A DNA stretch of 46,216 nucleotides, the filler included, from Jimgerdemannia flammicorona (lineage: Eukaryota): the NCBI GenBank assembly GCA_003990765.1. It is 2 parts of 2 records of this genome, joined end to end, with 100 filler letters (N's around TTAATTAATTAA, not from the genome) between each part and the next. Parts side by side here need not be neighbours in the genome. Positions count along the whole stretch, not along the records: positions 1 to 23,067 come from RBNJ01001164.1; 1 more part is not named here. One strand, 5' to 3'. Position numbers and translations under genes: made by a program. Of the stretch, positions 1-11,239 are shown piece by piece (position 1 is the stretch's first letter; each line of letters opens with the position of its first letter). The notes below the pieces were generated by a model. The model made no database searches. It saw only the letters and a program-made list of their open reading frames with translations, and had not been told where the DNA came from.

Positions 1-43
1 CTAACCAAAAAAAAAGAAAAGGAAAAAAAAGAAGAGAGGAGGA

Positions 44-106
44 GGAGGGTTTTGGCCTATATAGTCTAGGTTCTCTTCCAATAAAAATCCATGAGATATT
101 GAGTCC

Positions 107-169
<63 letters not shown>
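44..169 (+). mobile_element. 3' end plus A60 tail of a poly(A)-tailed retroposon (family B)
   Basis: 44-109 nearly matches 22997-23063 (ggagggttttggcctatatagtcta...ccaataaaaatc.atgaga.attgagtc); AATAAA at 80-85; poly(A) 110-169. Confidence 0.75.
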
Positions 170-174
<5 letters not shown>

Positions 175-2313
175 GAAAGGAGAAATAGAAGAACTAGAGA
201 CCAATTATACTTCTGAACATAGATTGCAAGCTAGTTATGAAGATCTTAGTTGACCAGTTATAGGTAGTGGCTCAGAGGATATTGGGAGAGAAATAACAAG
301 ACTTTGTTATTGGCTAACTGATCAGAGATGAGACAGTGTAGGTCCTATAGTATGATTGAAGAGGCCAGAGCTACTGGGGTAGATAGTTATCTAGTATTTC
401 TGGATCAGGAGAAGATATATGATAGAGTTCAATAGATGTGATTATACAGGATACTAAAGTATATTAGAATTCCTCCATACTTTTAATAGTTCTTAATCAG
501 TTTGTTGAATGGTAGTTGGGTAGTTATTCTGATTAATAGATACAGAGAGGTACTATTCCCCCTGGATAGAGGGGTGCTACAGAGTAATCTGTTATCATCT
601 ACCCTCTATACCCTCTCTTTAGAACTACTGTTGAACTAGATTTGATATAAGGTGGGGGGGTTAATAATGCTAAATATAAATTGGAAGTTGGGAGCCTTTA
701 CAGATTATATGGTGATTAGATTGGACTCTGTAGAGGATATGGTAGTCTTGAAGAGAGCTGTAGAATATTATGAGAAGTACTTGGGGGCTAAGCTTAACTA
801 GTACAAATGTAAGACCCTGGTACTAGATAGAGGAGTAGTTGATAGAAATATGATTAGAATAATTGTTCTAGTAGAGAAGATGGTCTAGTATCTAGAAATC
901 TATTTCTTGATATATGGTTTTTTGCTGTCTAAGATATAATAGAAGCAGAAGCTAATAAAATGAGAGAATGTACTCCTGGGCTAGAGTGGCCAGTATATCT
1001 CATTGACAGAAAGAGTTATGGTACTAAATGTATACTAGTTACTTACTGGAATATCATCTGGACTTTTCTGCATAAGTAGTGAAAAGACTTTTATAAGTAG
1101 TCAGGTCTTAGATTTGGGCTGGACAATATAGTCAGATTGGCTGAGATATATTGATACTACTGATAACTCAGAGAGGCCTTGGTCTTATTGATTTTACTAA
1201 GTACTTATATTACTTAAGGGTATAATAACTGAAGCAGACTAGCAAGCTGAGGGGCTGAGAGTGGGTTTCTCTTATACAAAGAATTTAGAAGGTACAGTTT
1301 TTTCCCAAGAGAGTCTCTGGTGATTTGCTCTCTCTGGTAGTACTCAAGAAGAGCTATAGGATGAATTATAAGAGCTTCTGATAAGAGGTGGTTAATAGAG
1401 CCCATCATATTGATATCTACTAGTATAGTGATGAAAAGAAGGAGAACTGGAGACCCAGGATATAGAGGTGGGACTATCTTTTGTTGGAGAGTACTCTAGT
1501 AGATAATTTTTGCCTTGAGAATAATATAGAGTATCTATGTATATAAACAGGAGAGAGATCTGTTGCCAGAGCTCTGACAGGTGGTGGATATTAGTAAGAT
1601 ATAAGACTGGACCAGTATTTAGTTATAGAGTGAGGTGGTATCAAGGTGGCTTCTACCCAAGTTTTGAGTGATATGGTAGAGGCTCCTATAGTGAAATATA
1701 ATGTTGAATTTTTAGTTAGAGTACTTGATAGATGGGGGTATCTTTGACTGTAATAAGTACTTTAATATTAGACAGAAGGGGGAAGTGGTTCAGATTCCAC
1801 AATATTGATTGAGTGAGTGTGAGGTTTTGGCTAACTTCTGGTGGATAATTGAGGGCTGACTGAGGATATGACCACCTGGAGAGATAGTGGAGAGATAGTG
1901 GGATACTCTTAAGATATAACTGGTGAGAGAAGTTAGTAATAAATAACTTTTAGTAAAGTGAGCTCTGGCAGTTTGAGTAGAGCTCTCTGAATATTGGCTG
2001 TATATTTTTGAGAATAATCAGAAGCTGGCACTAGGGGTAAAAGTGGTAAGGTAAGAGTAGTTAATATTGAAACTATTAAATAGGTAGTAGATGAGATGGG
2101 AACTCAGGAGGAGTCTTTATTGTGGGTTTATAGATAGAATATATACAAAGAATGGGGAGAGAGTTGTAGTATTTAGAGAGGTGGTAATCTTTCAGTAAAA
2201 TAGGAGATGGGGTGGACCCCTCTATAGGATTGGATAGAAGGGAGACTGTTAAGGGTTAGAATGGTTTGGTAATAAATACAGGAGTCCAAGTAACTATATA
2301 AAAAAAAAAAAAA
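170..2313 (+). mobile_element. Heavily degenerate L1/Tx1-like LINE (family A, copy 1): RT to 3' end
   Basis: Colinear with ORF2 of the copy at 24935-28531 (relics of RPIMLLDID, FLDQEK, GVPQG, AFADD); many TAG/TGA/TAA stops; AATAAA 2271-2276; A-tail 2300-2313. Confidence 0.9.
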
Positions 2314-2668
2314 TACCTACTAATGAAAAGTAGTGAGCTTTATTCCTTTTCCACTCCAGTTTACTTTCTAATACAAAGAAGAAGTCTGTCAATTTTGGTC
2401 TGCTTATCAGATGAAGCCTGAAGAACTTGTTATATTTTGGTCCACTTACTAGACAAGGGTAGAAGAATTAGGAAATCTGCTCTGTTATACTGAATCCACA
2501 CCTAAGAAGGAAATCATCAAAAAATGTCTATGTTATATAAATAAGAAAACTTGCACCTATTTTTGAGAGAGAAACCATTGAACATTTTACAAAGTAACTG
2601 GAGGCTCAAGCCAATCTACATAGCCACCCCAACCTTGTAATTTGCCTCTATTGAGCTGGCATGTTACA
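2314..2668 (+). mobile_element. 3' fragment of LTR family A, interrupted by the LINE upstream
   Basis: Blocks shared with 29413-30622 and 32371-33746, including the terminus ggctcaagccaa...aaccttgtaatttgcctc.attgagc...gttaCA. Confidence 0.8.
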
Positions 2669-2835
2669 ATATATATATGATTAAATTTACTAAATTTGGC
2701 AAAGCCCTACACTTTCCAGAATTATAATCACTCGTGAGCAATTCTGTATGGCTCGGGTAAATGAGCTTCACCATCAACGGAATAAGTAATATCCGCGTAC
2801 TCTGCGAAGAAAATTGTTTATTGATTTCTTTCCTT

Positions 2836-2880
2836 TCTTTTTATTTTATTTTATTTTATTTTATTTTATTTTATTTTTTT
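2836..2880. repeat. (TTTTA)n microsatellite
   Basis: About 8 tandem TTTTA units read directly. Confidence 0.9.
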
Positions 2881-3262
2881 ATAAGCTTGGGCGACCAAGG
2901 AACTTACGAGTTGTATTCGCGCTTCTACCCCTCTCTTCATTTCACCCTTTCACCCCTTCACCCCTGAGAGCGACGACTATAAATATTTCAACCATGCTGC
3001 TTCCCCACCCCTCCCCGACTTCAGGGGTTGACGTGACCAATGCTATTAACAAATGTAACGCGCTTTCTATGTGAATCCAGTTCTCTAGAATTTTCCTTGA
3101 TATCGTGGTTCTATTTTCTTGTTCTATCTTTACACCAAATTTTAATTGCTTGTAGCATACAGTCTATGTCATAGGAATTCCAACCATACAAACAGTCTGA
3201 TAGAAATCAAAACCAAATCCATCCATTGTATATCGTAGCCTAATTCTTTCAGCTAATTCAAC

Positions 3263-3739
3263 ATGGGCAACACATTCTCTTGCCGTCATGCCTCAAAACG
3301 TCGGTCTCGCGCACCGCCTGAAGATGAAGTGTCCCGCCTTAGCCCTATGATGGAGGTGTACGGCGTGTTCATTGCGCGCTTCATCCAGATGATTCACGAC
3401 CAGGGCCTGGTGAAGAACCGAAAACGATAGGTACTTGACTTGCGATTCCAGAACTCAGAGCCAGAGAGACTGGTAGCAGCAACGGCAAAGCTCCCCACAG
3501 ATAGTAGGAACCAAAAGGAAATGTTGCTTAAATCCGTGGAGCACAGCTCCTGCGACCATGTGGATTGGACAATTTTCTTTAACTTTGTCAAAGAATGTTT
3601 TCAAGTTGGAGACGAGTTGGAAAGATTCAAGTTGGAGCTGGTGACAAGAGTCAATAGGGCCCGGCTTAGTATGGATATCGTTACAGACCCCAACATGCGC
3701 TTGATTCGCTTTCAGATCCAATTCCACAACTTCGAATAG
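3263..3739 (+). pseudogene. Pseudogenised paralog of the orphan gene at 6780-7313
   Basis: ATG 3263 gives MGNTFSCRHASKRRSRAPPEDEVSRLSPMMEVYGVF...; in-frame TAG at 3428-3430 where the paralog has TGG, plus small in-frame deletions; the frame continues to ...MRLIRFQIQFHNFE*. Both flanks also align. Confidence 0.85.
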
Positions 3740-5737
3740 ACATTTCGTATTTGGGCACATGCAACGGCGGTGGAACGGATTATTTAAACAGTATGATGAA
3801 CGATGCACACGGTTTTAATGTTTCCATAATTTTTTACGTATCTTTTATGACATTCCAATATACTTATGGCTCATATTAATATGCAACATCATGTGAAATA
3901 AAATTTGAGATAGCGGGACCAAGTATAGTTATGATAAGCAATGGTCGCATCTGCCTCACAAATGCAATTCAAGCAGGTGCTTGTTTTGCTACATTTTTTC
4001 GGTGCATCTTCACAAAGGGATATAAAGAACCATAAAAATATGAAATCTCCAAACAGAAATAAGGATATGTCGATACGCAACTCCAGAAGCATTTGAAACA
4101 TTTAACCTCAAGCAGTACCGATGTGTGGGAAATGCTCTTCATTTTGAAATCTCTTTCTGCATACTTGAAAGGTTACCCGAGATCATGCAATATGTAGCTC
4201 GATTGACCACGGCACTGTTCAAAATGACAACTTGTCAGTCATCTGACAAAACTGTTTTCAGGCCATGAGCTCGTCCTCTCGTCCCCACTGATTTCATTAG
4301 CGACTGAATCGGCAGTTGCCACTACAGGGCTGGCTGTGCCACTCTCAGATATACTTGTGCTTAATATATTTATGGTTATCTTAGTGGATTACCGGAGATT
4401 GTTTATTGATACCCATGTTATGCATTTTTACGCGTTTCAGATTATTGATTGATGACGTCACCGTTGATGATGTAGACATTTAGTATAAGCCACTATGTTA
4501 AGCTAGAATTAAATCACTACCATAATCCAGCCGGATATCAATTCATCCCGTGTCAGTTCTATGGATTATGGATGTATATATACAACGCATGTGACAGGGG
4601 AGCGATTTCACATTCATACTCTGATACGTTAAACGATAGCAGTATCGTGGGAAAAAGGAAATGATAGGGTTTTGAAAAATAGCGAGTGAGAGAAACAATC
4701 AATGATTCCAATATTTTAATCTTGTAGCAACTAGTGGATTGGCATTGGAAATCAGCTACTACACATACTATATGACTTCTCTATCATGACAGTTGCCGAT
4801 TTCGACACGCTTCCTTGACAATATTCTCCCTGTCTGAACAGTGGAAATGTCCTAGGCCTCGATGCCGATGGATTATATGTTGTGTTTCATGCACTACATA
4901 CCGTTTCTTCCTCCTTCCAGTGGTGCACCGCTGTGAGAGTAACAGGAAAAACAAGACGGCACCTTTGATAAGCATGGTCGATTCGGACGCTTGCATGCCA
5001 GGCCTTCCAGGAAGAAAATTGGTGCACTAGGTACGGGAAGATATTGGTTGGGGACGACCTCTACCCGCTCGGGGTTGTGTGAGAATTTGGTTGTGGAGCA
5101 AACGGGAGACTTTTTAGGTACGCAGTTGTGCGGAGGTGGTCTACTGGGCGCATGTTGGTCTGTCAAGGATGTGTATAAAGATCGAAATTGTTTGAGTTGT
5201 CAAAAGTTGATGTTTTATATAAACATCACTCACCGCCTACACGTTTCGACGCACAGCGCAGTTTGGGAGAAATGACAACGTTAGCGAAGCATGCAGACAC
5301 ACTATTTTCGTCACGTTCGCTTAGTTGAGACAACCACGACAAAGATAAAAAGTAAGGGTTTAGGTATTACCTATATCAACGGATAGAACATCTTGGCAGA
5401 CAAGATAATGGAAAGCAGTACTTGTGACAATCGTGTATTTGTGGTGGTTCATAAGAAATCTGCTGTACAAAATCCTATGTCTATGAAACAAATTGTGAAT
5501 AAGTTGATGCTTCATAAATTGGTTAAACTAATTTGCATAATTCGATTACATAACGAATAGAGTTCCAAAAGGGTAGTGAAAACGTAAAATAGGATTACTG
5601 ACATCCTCGTCCGTTCGAATACGACTTCAGGAAACCGCAATGGCAGTCGATAAAAAATTATTCCTGAGGAAGAAATAAAACCAACGAGGTGGTGATTCGC
5701 AAAGCCAAAAGAATTTAAGCAGATTCGCCTAGATCAG

Positions 5738-6552
5738 TTACTGGAGTTGCTAGTGAGAATAAAACCGACTAATAGGTTGTGACGCACTACTCACCGAATG
5801 ACTGGGTTGCCCCAGCTCCAGTTGAAGCTCCTCAGCGAACGACATGGTCCGCGCCGAAGACGGAACGGTTGCGCTCGTGAAGGAGTCACGCCTACACTCT
5901 CGTGGTACCTCCTCAAATTCCGCTGGTGCGTCGGGGATCATGCTCTCACGCAATCGATTTAGATCTTCGCGACAGCAGAGCAGGGTTGTAACAGTATACA
6001 TCAGACGCAGGAGTTTGTGTCTCGTGGATAAAAAGCTCCGGACTGGCGTCGTCAAAGGATCGGGAGATACCAATGTCGATCAGAACTGGCGCGTCTTGGA
6101 GTGGAGGTCGTGGTAACTATAGCCAAAGCGGTGGTCGGAGAGACGTTGCGCGAGGAGCCAGTCAGTTGTTTGGTGCAGGAGGAGTTTCGACAACTGCTGC
6201 CATGGATCAATTATTTATAAGCTCAAATTCCAACAAGTATAGGCGAAACACGCACCTCGAATTCCATTTCTTGTTTCAGCTCTTTGAGTGCGAGATGTAT
6301 TGCGGGCTCCCCGTTGTCAGTGGCGACAGTTCCTTTGTAAATTTTTGCGAACCCTCCTTCACCAATAAGTGAATATCGGTGAGTTTATCAGCAGGAAACC
6401 AGAAGAGATAGTCAACGGGTTGCGGTACGCCAAGCTGAGAGAGATGAGCGTGAAAGCAGTCGGTGCGAGCCTCAGGGAAATAGAGATTCATGGCATAATA
6501 GCTTTGACTCCATCGCATACTGCGCACCTTCTGGCTCACAGTCAGCGGCCAT
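5738..6552 (-). pseudogene. Intron-containing orphan pseudogene
   Basis: ATG 6552 (MAADCEPEG...), two apparent frameshifts, a 59-nt GTGCGT...CAG intron (6197-6255) joining ...KQEMEFE to QLSKLLL..., in-frame TGA 6080-6082, and a possible second GTGAGT...TAG intron (5750-5794). No family recognised. Confidence 0.5.
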
Positions 6553-6779
6553 GTTTTTATTGCATATGGGAAACTTAAAACGGAAGAGAAACCTAAGAAT
6601 ATCAATCGAAACGGCTTAGCATGATTGCACGTCATCATTATATATTATTATGTGACGTAGCAATATTGTAATTTTAATCTACACGCAACATTTCTCTCAT
6701 ATTAGCATATCGTGATGTATGTACATAACTCTTCACTGCCGAGTTGGTTAAGGGTGTATGTGTTCCACATACAAAATGT

Positions 6780-7313
6780 CTATTCCAAGTCATGGAATTG
6801 GAGTTGAAAGCGAATCAACCGCATGTCGGGGTCCTTCGAAGGCCAATACACCGTGGGATTCACCTTTGTAATGATATGGTCTACACTGAGCCGGCCCCTA
6901 TTCACCATTGTCACAAGCTCCAACTTGAATCTTTCGAAATCAGCCTCGGTCTCATCAAAGCGTTCATCGACGAAGCCCCAGTAGATTGCCCAGTTCAGTC
7001 GGTCGCAAGCGCTGCGCTCCACGGCTCTGAGCTTCTTCAACATTTCCTTTCTATTCCGACTGTCCGCAGGACCCTTTGCTGTTGCCGCCACCAGCTTCTC
7101 CGGCTCCGAGTTCGGGAATCTCAAGTCAAGCACCACGAAGCTGCTCCAGCTTTTTCGCTTCTTCACTAGAACGTTGTCGTGGATCATCTGGATGAAGTGC
7201 ACAATGAACACACCGTACACCTCCATCATCGGGCTAAGTCTGTATACTTCATCTTCGCGAGGTGCACGAGACCGACGTTTTGAGGCACGACGGCGAGAGG
7301 ATGCGTTGCCCAT
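6780..7313 (-). CDS. 177-aa hypothetical protein with a putative N-myristoylation motif (MGNASS) and polybasic tract
   Basis: Uninterrupted ORF from ATG 7313; protein-level homology to the 3263 paralog starts at this Met; TATA box ~85 nt upstream; differences from the paralog keep the frame. Confidence 0.75.
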   Translation of the reverse strand: MGNASSRRRASKRRSRAPREDEVYRLSPMMEVYGVFIVHFIQMIHDNVLVKKRKSWSSFVVLDLRFPNSEPEKLVAATAKGPADSRNRKEMLKKLRAVERSACDRLNWAIYWGFVDERFDETEADFERFKLELVTMVNRGRLSVDHIITKVNPTVYWPSKDPDMRLIRFQLQFHDLE

Positions 7314-7398
7314 GTTGGATTGGCTGAAAGGACAGAAATACGTTGGGTTGAGGTGTAAGATGAACGGATTCAAGTTGTTTCCGACCAGACTGGAAGGG

Positions 7399-7406
7399 TT
7401 TATATA
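7399..7406 (-). promoter_or_regulatory. Putative TATA box (TATATAAA) of the 6780-7313 gene
   Basis: Consensus TATA in an upstream region alignable to the paralog, where it reads CATACAAA (3185-3192). Confidence 0.5.
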
Positions 7407-7559
7407 GTTGGACATTTTAGACTGTGAACCCTTATGACTATAGATTAGGAACTGTGAGTTCAAGAAATAGGTAGGGATCGTATTACGGTAACATTTATAG
7501 CTAGGTTTTTATTATTATTATTCTTGTAGCATGTCCTTGCCTCCATGCAGACATTTATA

Positions 7560-8173
7560 TTCTTCAGTTACACACCAAAATGTTTTTGGAGATCCAAACC
7601 CAGGCCCTCGTTCGAATTTTACTAGGTGTCATTGAGCTTTTACAATATATATTATATGTAAGACATTTTGTTACGTTGATTTTTTGCGCATGGTTCCGAA
7701 AAGGTCGGATATTGGCAAGGGAAAGTAAAAATTTGCTCGGAATGGTGTCAAATATCATTATTTCGCGCTCCGATTAGCAGATGTTGTCAGCCATATATTC
7801 CAGGAGCCTTACCGATATCCTCTCGGCTTACAAATTGGGTTGTGGGCTTAACCAGAACTCATATTCAATTATGCAATACTACCAATCTTGATATCAATTT
7901 TGAGGTTGAAGTTGTACCTTCCTTGTATTAACTATCAACTGATTTGGAAAAAGACATTCTCATGTCAATAGTCATGACATTACTGCAACAATATAAGGCT
8001 GAGGTCAATGTCATTGGAATAGTGTGATGTCTGTGTGAACTTGAGCCCACATGACTGACACCTTGACTGAACGCGACCTCGAATTTCGATAGTAGTATTG
8101 TCTCCACTTTTTCGGCACTCGCAGGAACAAATCCCAAACGCGAATATCCGGGATGGTACCGTAGTTGTCACAT

Positions 8174-8232
<59 letters not shown>

Positions 8233-8470
8233 TTAGCTTTGACATATCGAATATTGCCTCCGTCAATTTGGGATGCAATTTCAATTGTGAGATTCAATCG
8301 AATGTAAAGATACCCGCGGTTCCGCCGCGTAACATGAAAATAAACGGGTACCACCCCCTTAATTTATGGTATAGCGATATTATGTCTCACCTTTTGGAGC
8401 TTTGTGTGGGCGACACAAACATGCGTAATTCGTGTTCCACATCCAACTGTGCGTCCGTGTAAGCGGACAT
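7560..8470 (-). pseudogene. Possible decayed orphan gene
   Basis: ATG 8470 (MSAYTDAQLDVEHELRMF...), GTGAGA donor at 8390, protein-like fragments (VRLLEYMADNIC*SEREIMIFDTIPSKFLLSL), interrupted by a T53 tract. Confidence 0.3.
8177..8229. repeat. T53 homopolymer
   Basis: Read directly. Confidence 0.95.
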
Positions 8471-9139
8471 AATGATTGGCAGTCCACCACGCGGGGAAGT
8501 CAACCCATTAGTACATATATACAATGTGCTCCGTATGCCATATTGTTGGGATGATAAGTAACTTGACCTCGAGGCCCGTAGACAAAACCAGCATGTCGAG
8601 CCCGCCTGCATACGGGTAGGTGCGGTGCTACAATTGTTGGCGCTTCACTCATTGTTTGTTGTTTGTAAGAGTTCTGTTTAGAAAGATGAAAATCACTCTC
8701 CGGGCGTGGTAAAAAAAAACGAGAACGACTTTGCGGTGGACGTTGTAGGTTCCCGACTTATGGGTGCGCATGCACAAAGAAAATATATTAATAAATAAAG
8801 ACAGCGTCCTTTGTTCGAGCAATATGGATTGCTCGTTTATTCCGTGGAGCAATTGAGCTTCCCCGCTTTGTTGGCGTACCTATCAGCCGGATTACTTTAT
8901 TTTATTTATTTTTGGAACGGAAGTTAAACATTGGTGTCAAGTATATACAATCCTGTTTCATTTGACACTGGCAATCGCCAATGACTGCCAACGACCACAT
9001 GGCTGACAGGATTAGGCCAACCTTTGCCTCCTGCTCTCCCTGCCGCACATTCACAATGCGCTGACCTTCCTTGCCCAGCGTGAAGATAGGAATGCGGAGA
9101 CAGAGAGAGGATTTTTCTACGCTTAGTCATCGTTCATCA

Positions 9140-10140
9140 TCGTTCTGCACTTAGTTGGCACGTTGAAGAGGCGAGGTTGTTCGTTGCCGAGTTCGGAGCG
9201 GACGCCAACGTCAACCACGAATGGACCCTGCTGCACAAAGCCGCATCGGCTGGGCACATCGAGACCGGTGAGGTTGTTTGTGGTCGAGTTCGGGACAGAC
9301 ACCAAAGCCAAGGACTTCCGCGAATGGACGTCGCTGTACCAAGCTGCAAGAGCATTGGCACGTCGAGGTTGTGAGGTTGCTCATGGCCGAGTTCGGAGCA
9401 GACGCTAACGCCAAGAACATCGACGGACGGACGCCGCTGCGATGGTCGGGCACGTCGAGATCGTGAGATTGCTCATGACCGAATTCGGGCCAGGGTTAAC
9501 TCCAAGCACGAAAAGACGCCGCTTCATCGGACAACGTATTACGGGATAACAACGGAAAGACGTTGCTCCACCGAGTAGCGGCGGGCGGGCACGTTTAAGT
9601 CGTGTGGTTGTTGGTGTCCGAGTTCGGGGTGGATGATAAAGTGAAGGAGAACAACAGACAGACGCCACTCCATCAGGCCGCGGTAGTCGGGTCGTGCGGT
9701 TGCTGGTAACCGAGTTTGGGTCGGACGCTAAAGCAAAGGAGAACAACGGACAGACACAACTCCACCGGCCGCGGCGGGTGAGCACCTTGAGGTCGCGCGG
9801 TTGATGGTAACCGATTTTGGGGCGAATGCCAAAGCAAAGGATAGCGACGGGCGGAGCCGTGAAAGACTGGAAGGGCTGAAACATTGAGGTCGTGCGGTCG
9901 CTGGCATATAGTTCAGGACGGACACCAACGCCAAGGCGAATGACGGTCGGCCGCGCAACATGGGCGAATAGGGATGCTAAAGTTGCTCGCGAGTGAATTT
10001 GGTGCAGACACAAACGCGAAAAGCAACGGTGGCCGAACGCTGTTGCACTTTGCTGCATAAAGCTGGTTAAGTTGCTTATAAGTAATTTGGTGCAGATGTA
10101 AACACCATGGACAATGAAAGTCTAACACCATTGCAGCTGG
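9140..10140 (+). pseudogene. Ankyrin-repeat protein pseudogene (~10 repeats)
   Basis: Repeats such as WTLLHKAASAGHIE and HVEVVRLLMAEFGADANAKNIDGRTPL; EFG-x-D anchors near 9189, 9286, 9389, 9481, 9620, 9712, 9813, 9909, 9995 and 10084; many frameshifts and stops. Confidence 0.9.
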
Positions 10141-10544
10141 TTATAAGCAGACCGATCAAAGAAACTCTGTAATGTACTTGGCCTTGTTGAATTAACTAAA
10201 GATACATAGAGATTTTAAAAGGCATACAAGGTAGTTGCTAGTGGCGTTGACCCCCAACGCTATCTTAGCTAAAGACAATTATCATATACTGTGTGCTAAC
10301 CCTTAGCTTATTGATATATGTATAACCTGATGCAAATGGAACATGCATCCACCTTCAAACATTAATTAATTCCCTATAGTAAATGTCGTCAGGGTCATCG
10401 TGGTAATTCCTTGGGTATTCGTACCCTGATTACCTGGGTCGGCCGAATTGAGCTCGGCGAACTAACCAACAAGTGTAAATATCGCTTTGACTAAAGCGAT
10501 GTGTTCATTAAATCGTACTCGATGTCACATCAGATACATTATGC

Positions 10545-10920
10545 AATGCGGGTCCCAACACCTTCTTATGGATTACCAGCCTCGTTTGTACAGCGTCTCT
10601 GCCTTATCGTGTCATCCCTGGCCACTGTAGAGTCCAGCCGGATCGTCCAGAAATGGTGTTGTTCCCGAGGGCCTTTTTTTCCAACGTCTTCTCCTGACCT
10701 ACCTTTGTCAGTTCATACAGCAACTCGGTCCTGTCGCACTTGTCCTGGCAGTCGTAAAGCATAGCAAGCTCAACACTCTCTCGTAAATATCCGAGCTTAT
10801 TTGTACTAGTAGATTGTTTAGAGATGATGCCGTGCCTCGGTGCTCTGCTTGCAACACTCTCTCTCTAGCGCCTGTTCGAACAGCGGCGGCCTTGTCGTAT
10901 TTACCATGATGATGGTAGAT
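10545..10920 (-). pseudogene. Decayed TPR array (kinesin-light-chain/TPR_10-12 type)
   Basis: Frameshift-corrected translations: YHHHGKYDKA-PLFEQAL-RERVLQAEHRGTASSLNNL; LYDCQDKCDRTELLYE...QEKTLE; AGLYSGQG*HDKAETLYKR-LVIHKKVLGP. Confidence 0.85.
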
Positions 10921-11239
10921 GATAAGCATGCAGTGCTGATATTTGATGAGCATACCATGCACTATCTTGGAGATCAAAAGCAAAACGTTTCAGTTAAACA
11001 GAATTTGCGAGGTGAATGGAGTGTAGGATGGGTTTCATGTGATATATTGCGAAAAAAAAAAAAAAAAAAATCTACTGGGATTATGTGAAGAATGCAATGG
11101 ATATAAAGCTAGTATCAATCCAATATGGATCGGTTTGTCGGATGGTAAACACGTTCGGAGGATAAACCGTCCAACTCTTGAGAGCTCAAATATACTGTCG
11201 ATTCTACTTCTGCGAGCCCGCATCCGGTATAGCTTCTTG

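Noticed and set aside
1..204. Poly-Phe ORF (and poly-Lys/Phe ORFs at 7980-8354 and 8098-8307)
   Set aside because: Translations of homopolymer tracts.
3889..4200. Protein-like fragments such as VDTQLQKHLKHL...VWEMLFILKSL
   Set aside because: No recognisable motif, start or splice structure.
4784..5275. Cys-containing short ORFs (CENLVVEQTGDFLGTQLCGG...CLSCQ)
   Set aside because: May be a gene relic, but frame, strand and family cannot be supported.
7314..7463. 50-aa N-terminal extension of the 227-aa track ORF
   Set aside because: Non-ATG start, overlaps the TATA box and is not conserved as coding in the paralog.
10390..10445. GNQGTNTQG on the minus strand as an amyloid signalling motif
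   Set aside because: Too short, no ORF context, and downstream of the TPRs rather than N-terminal.
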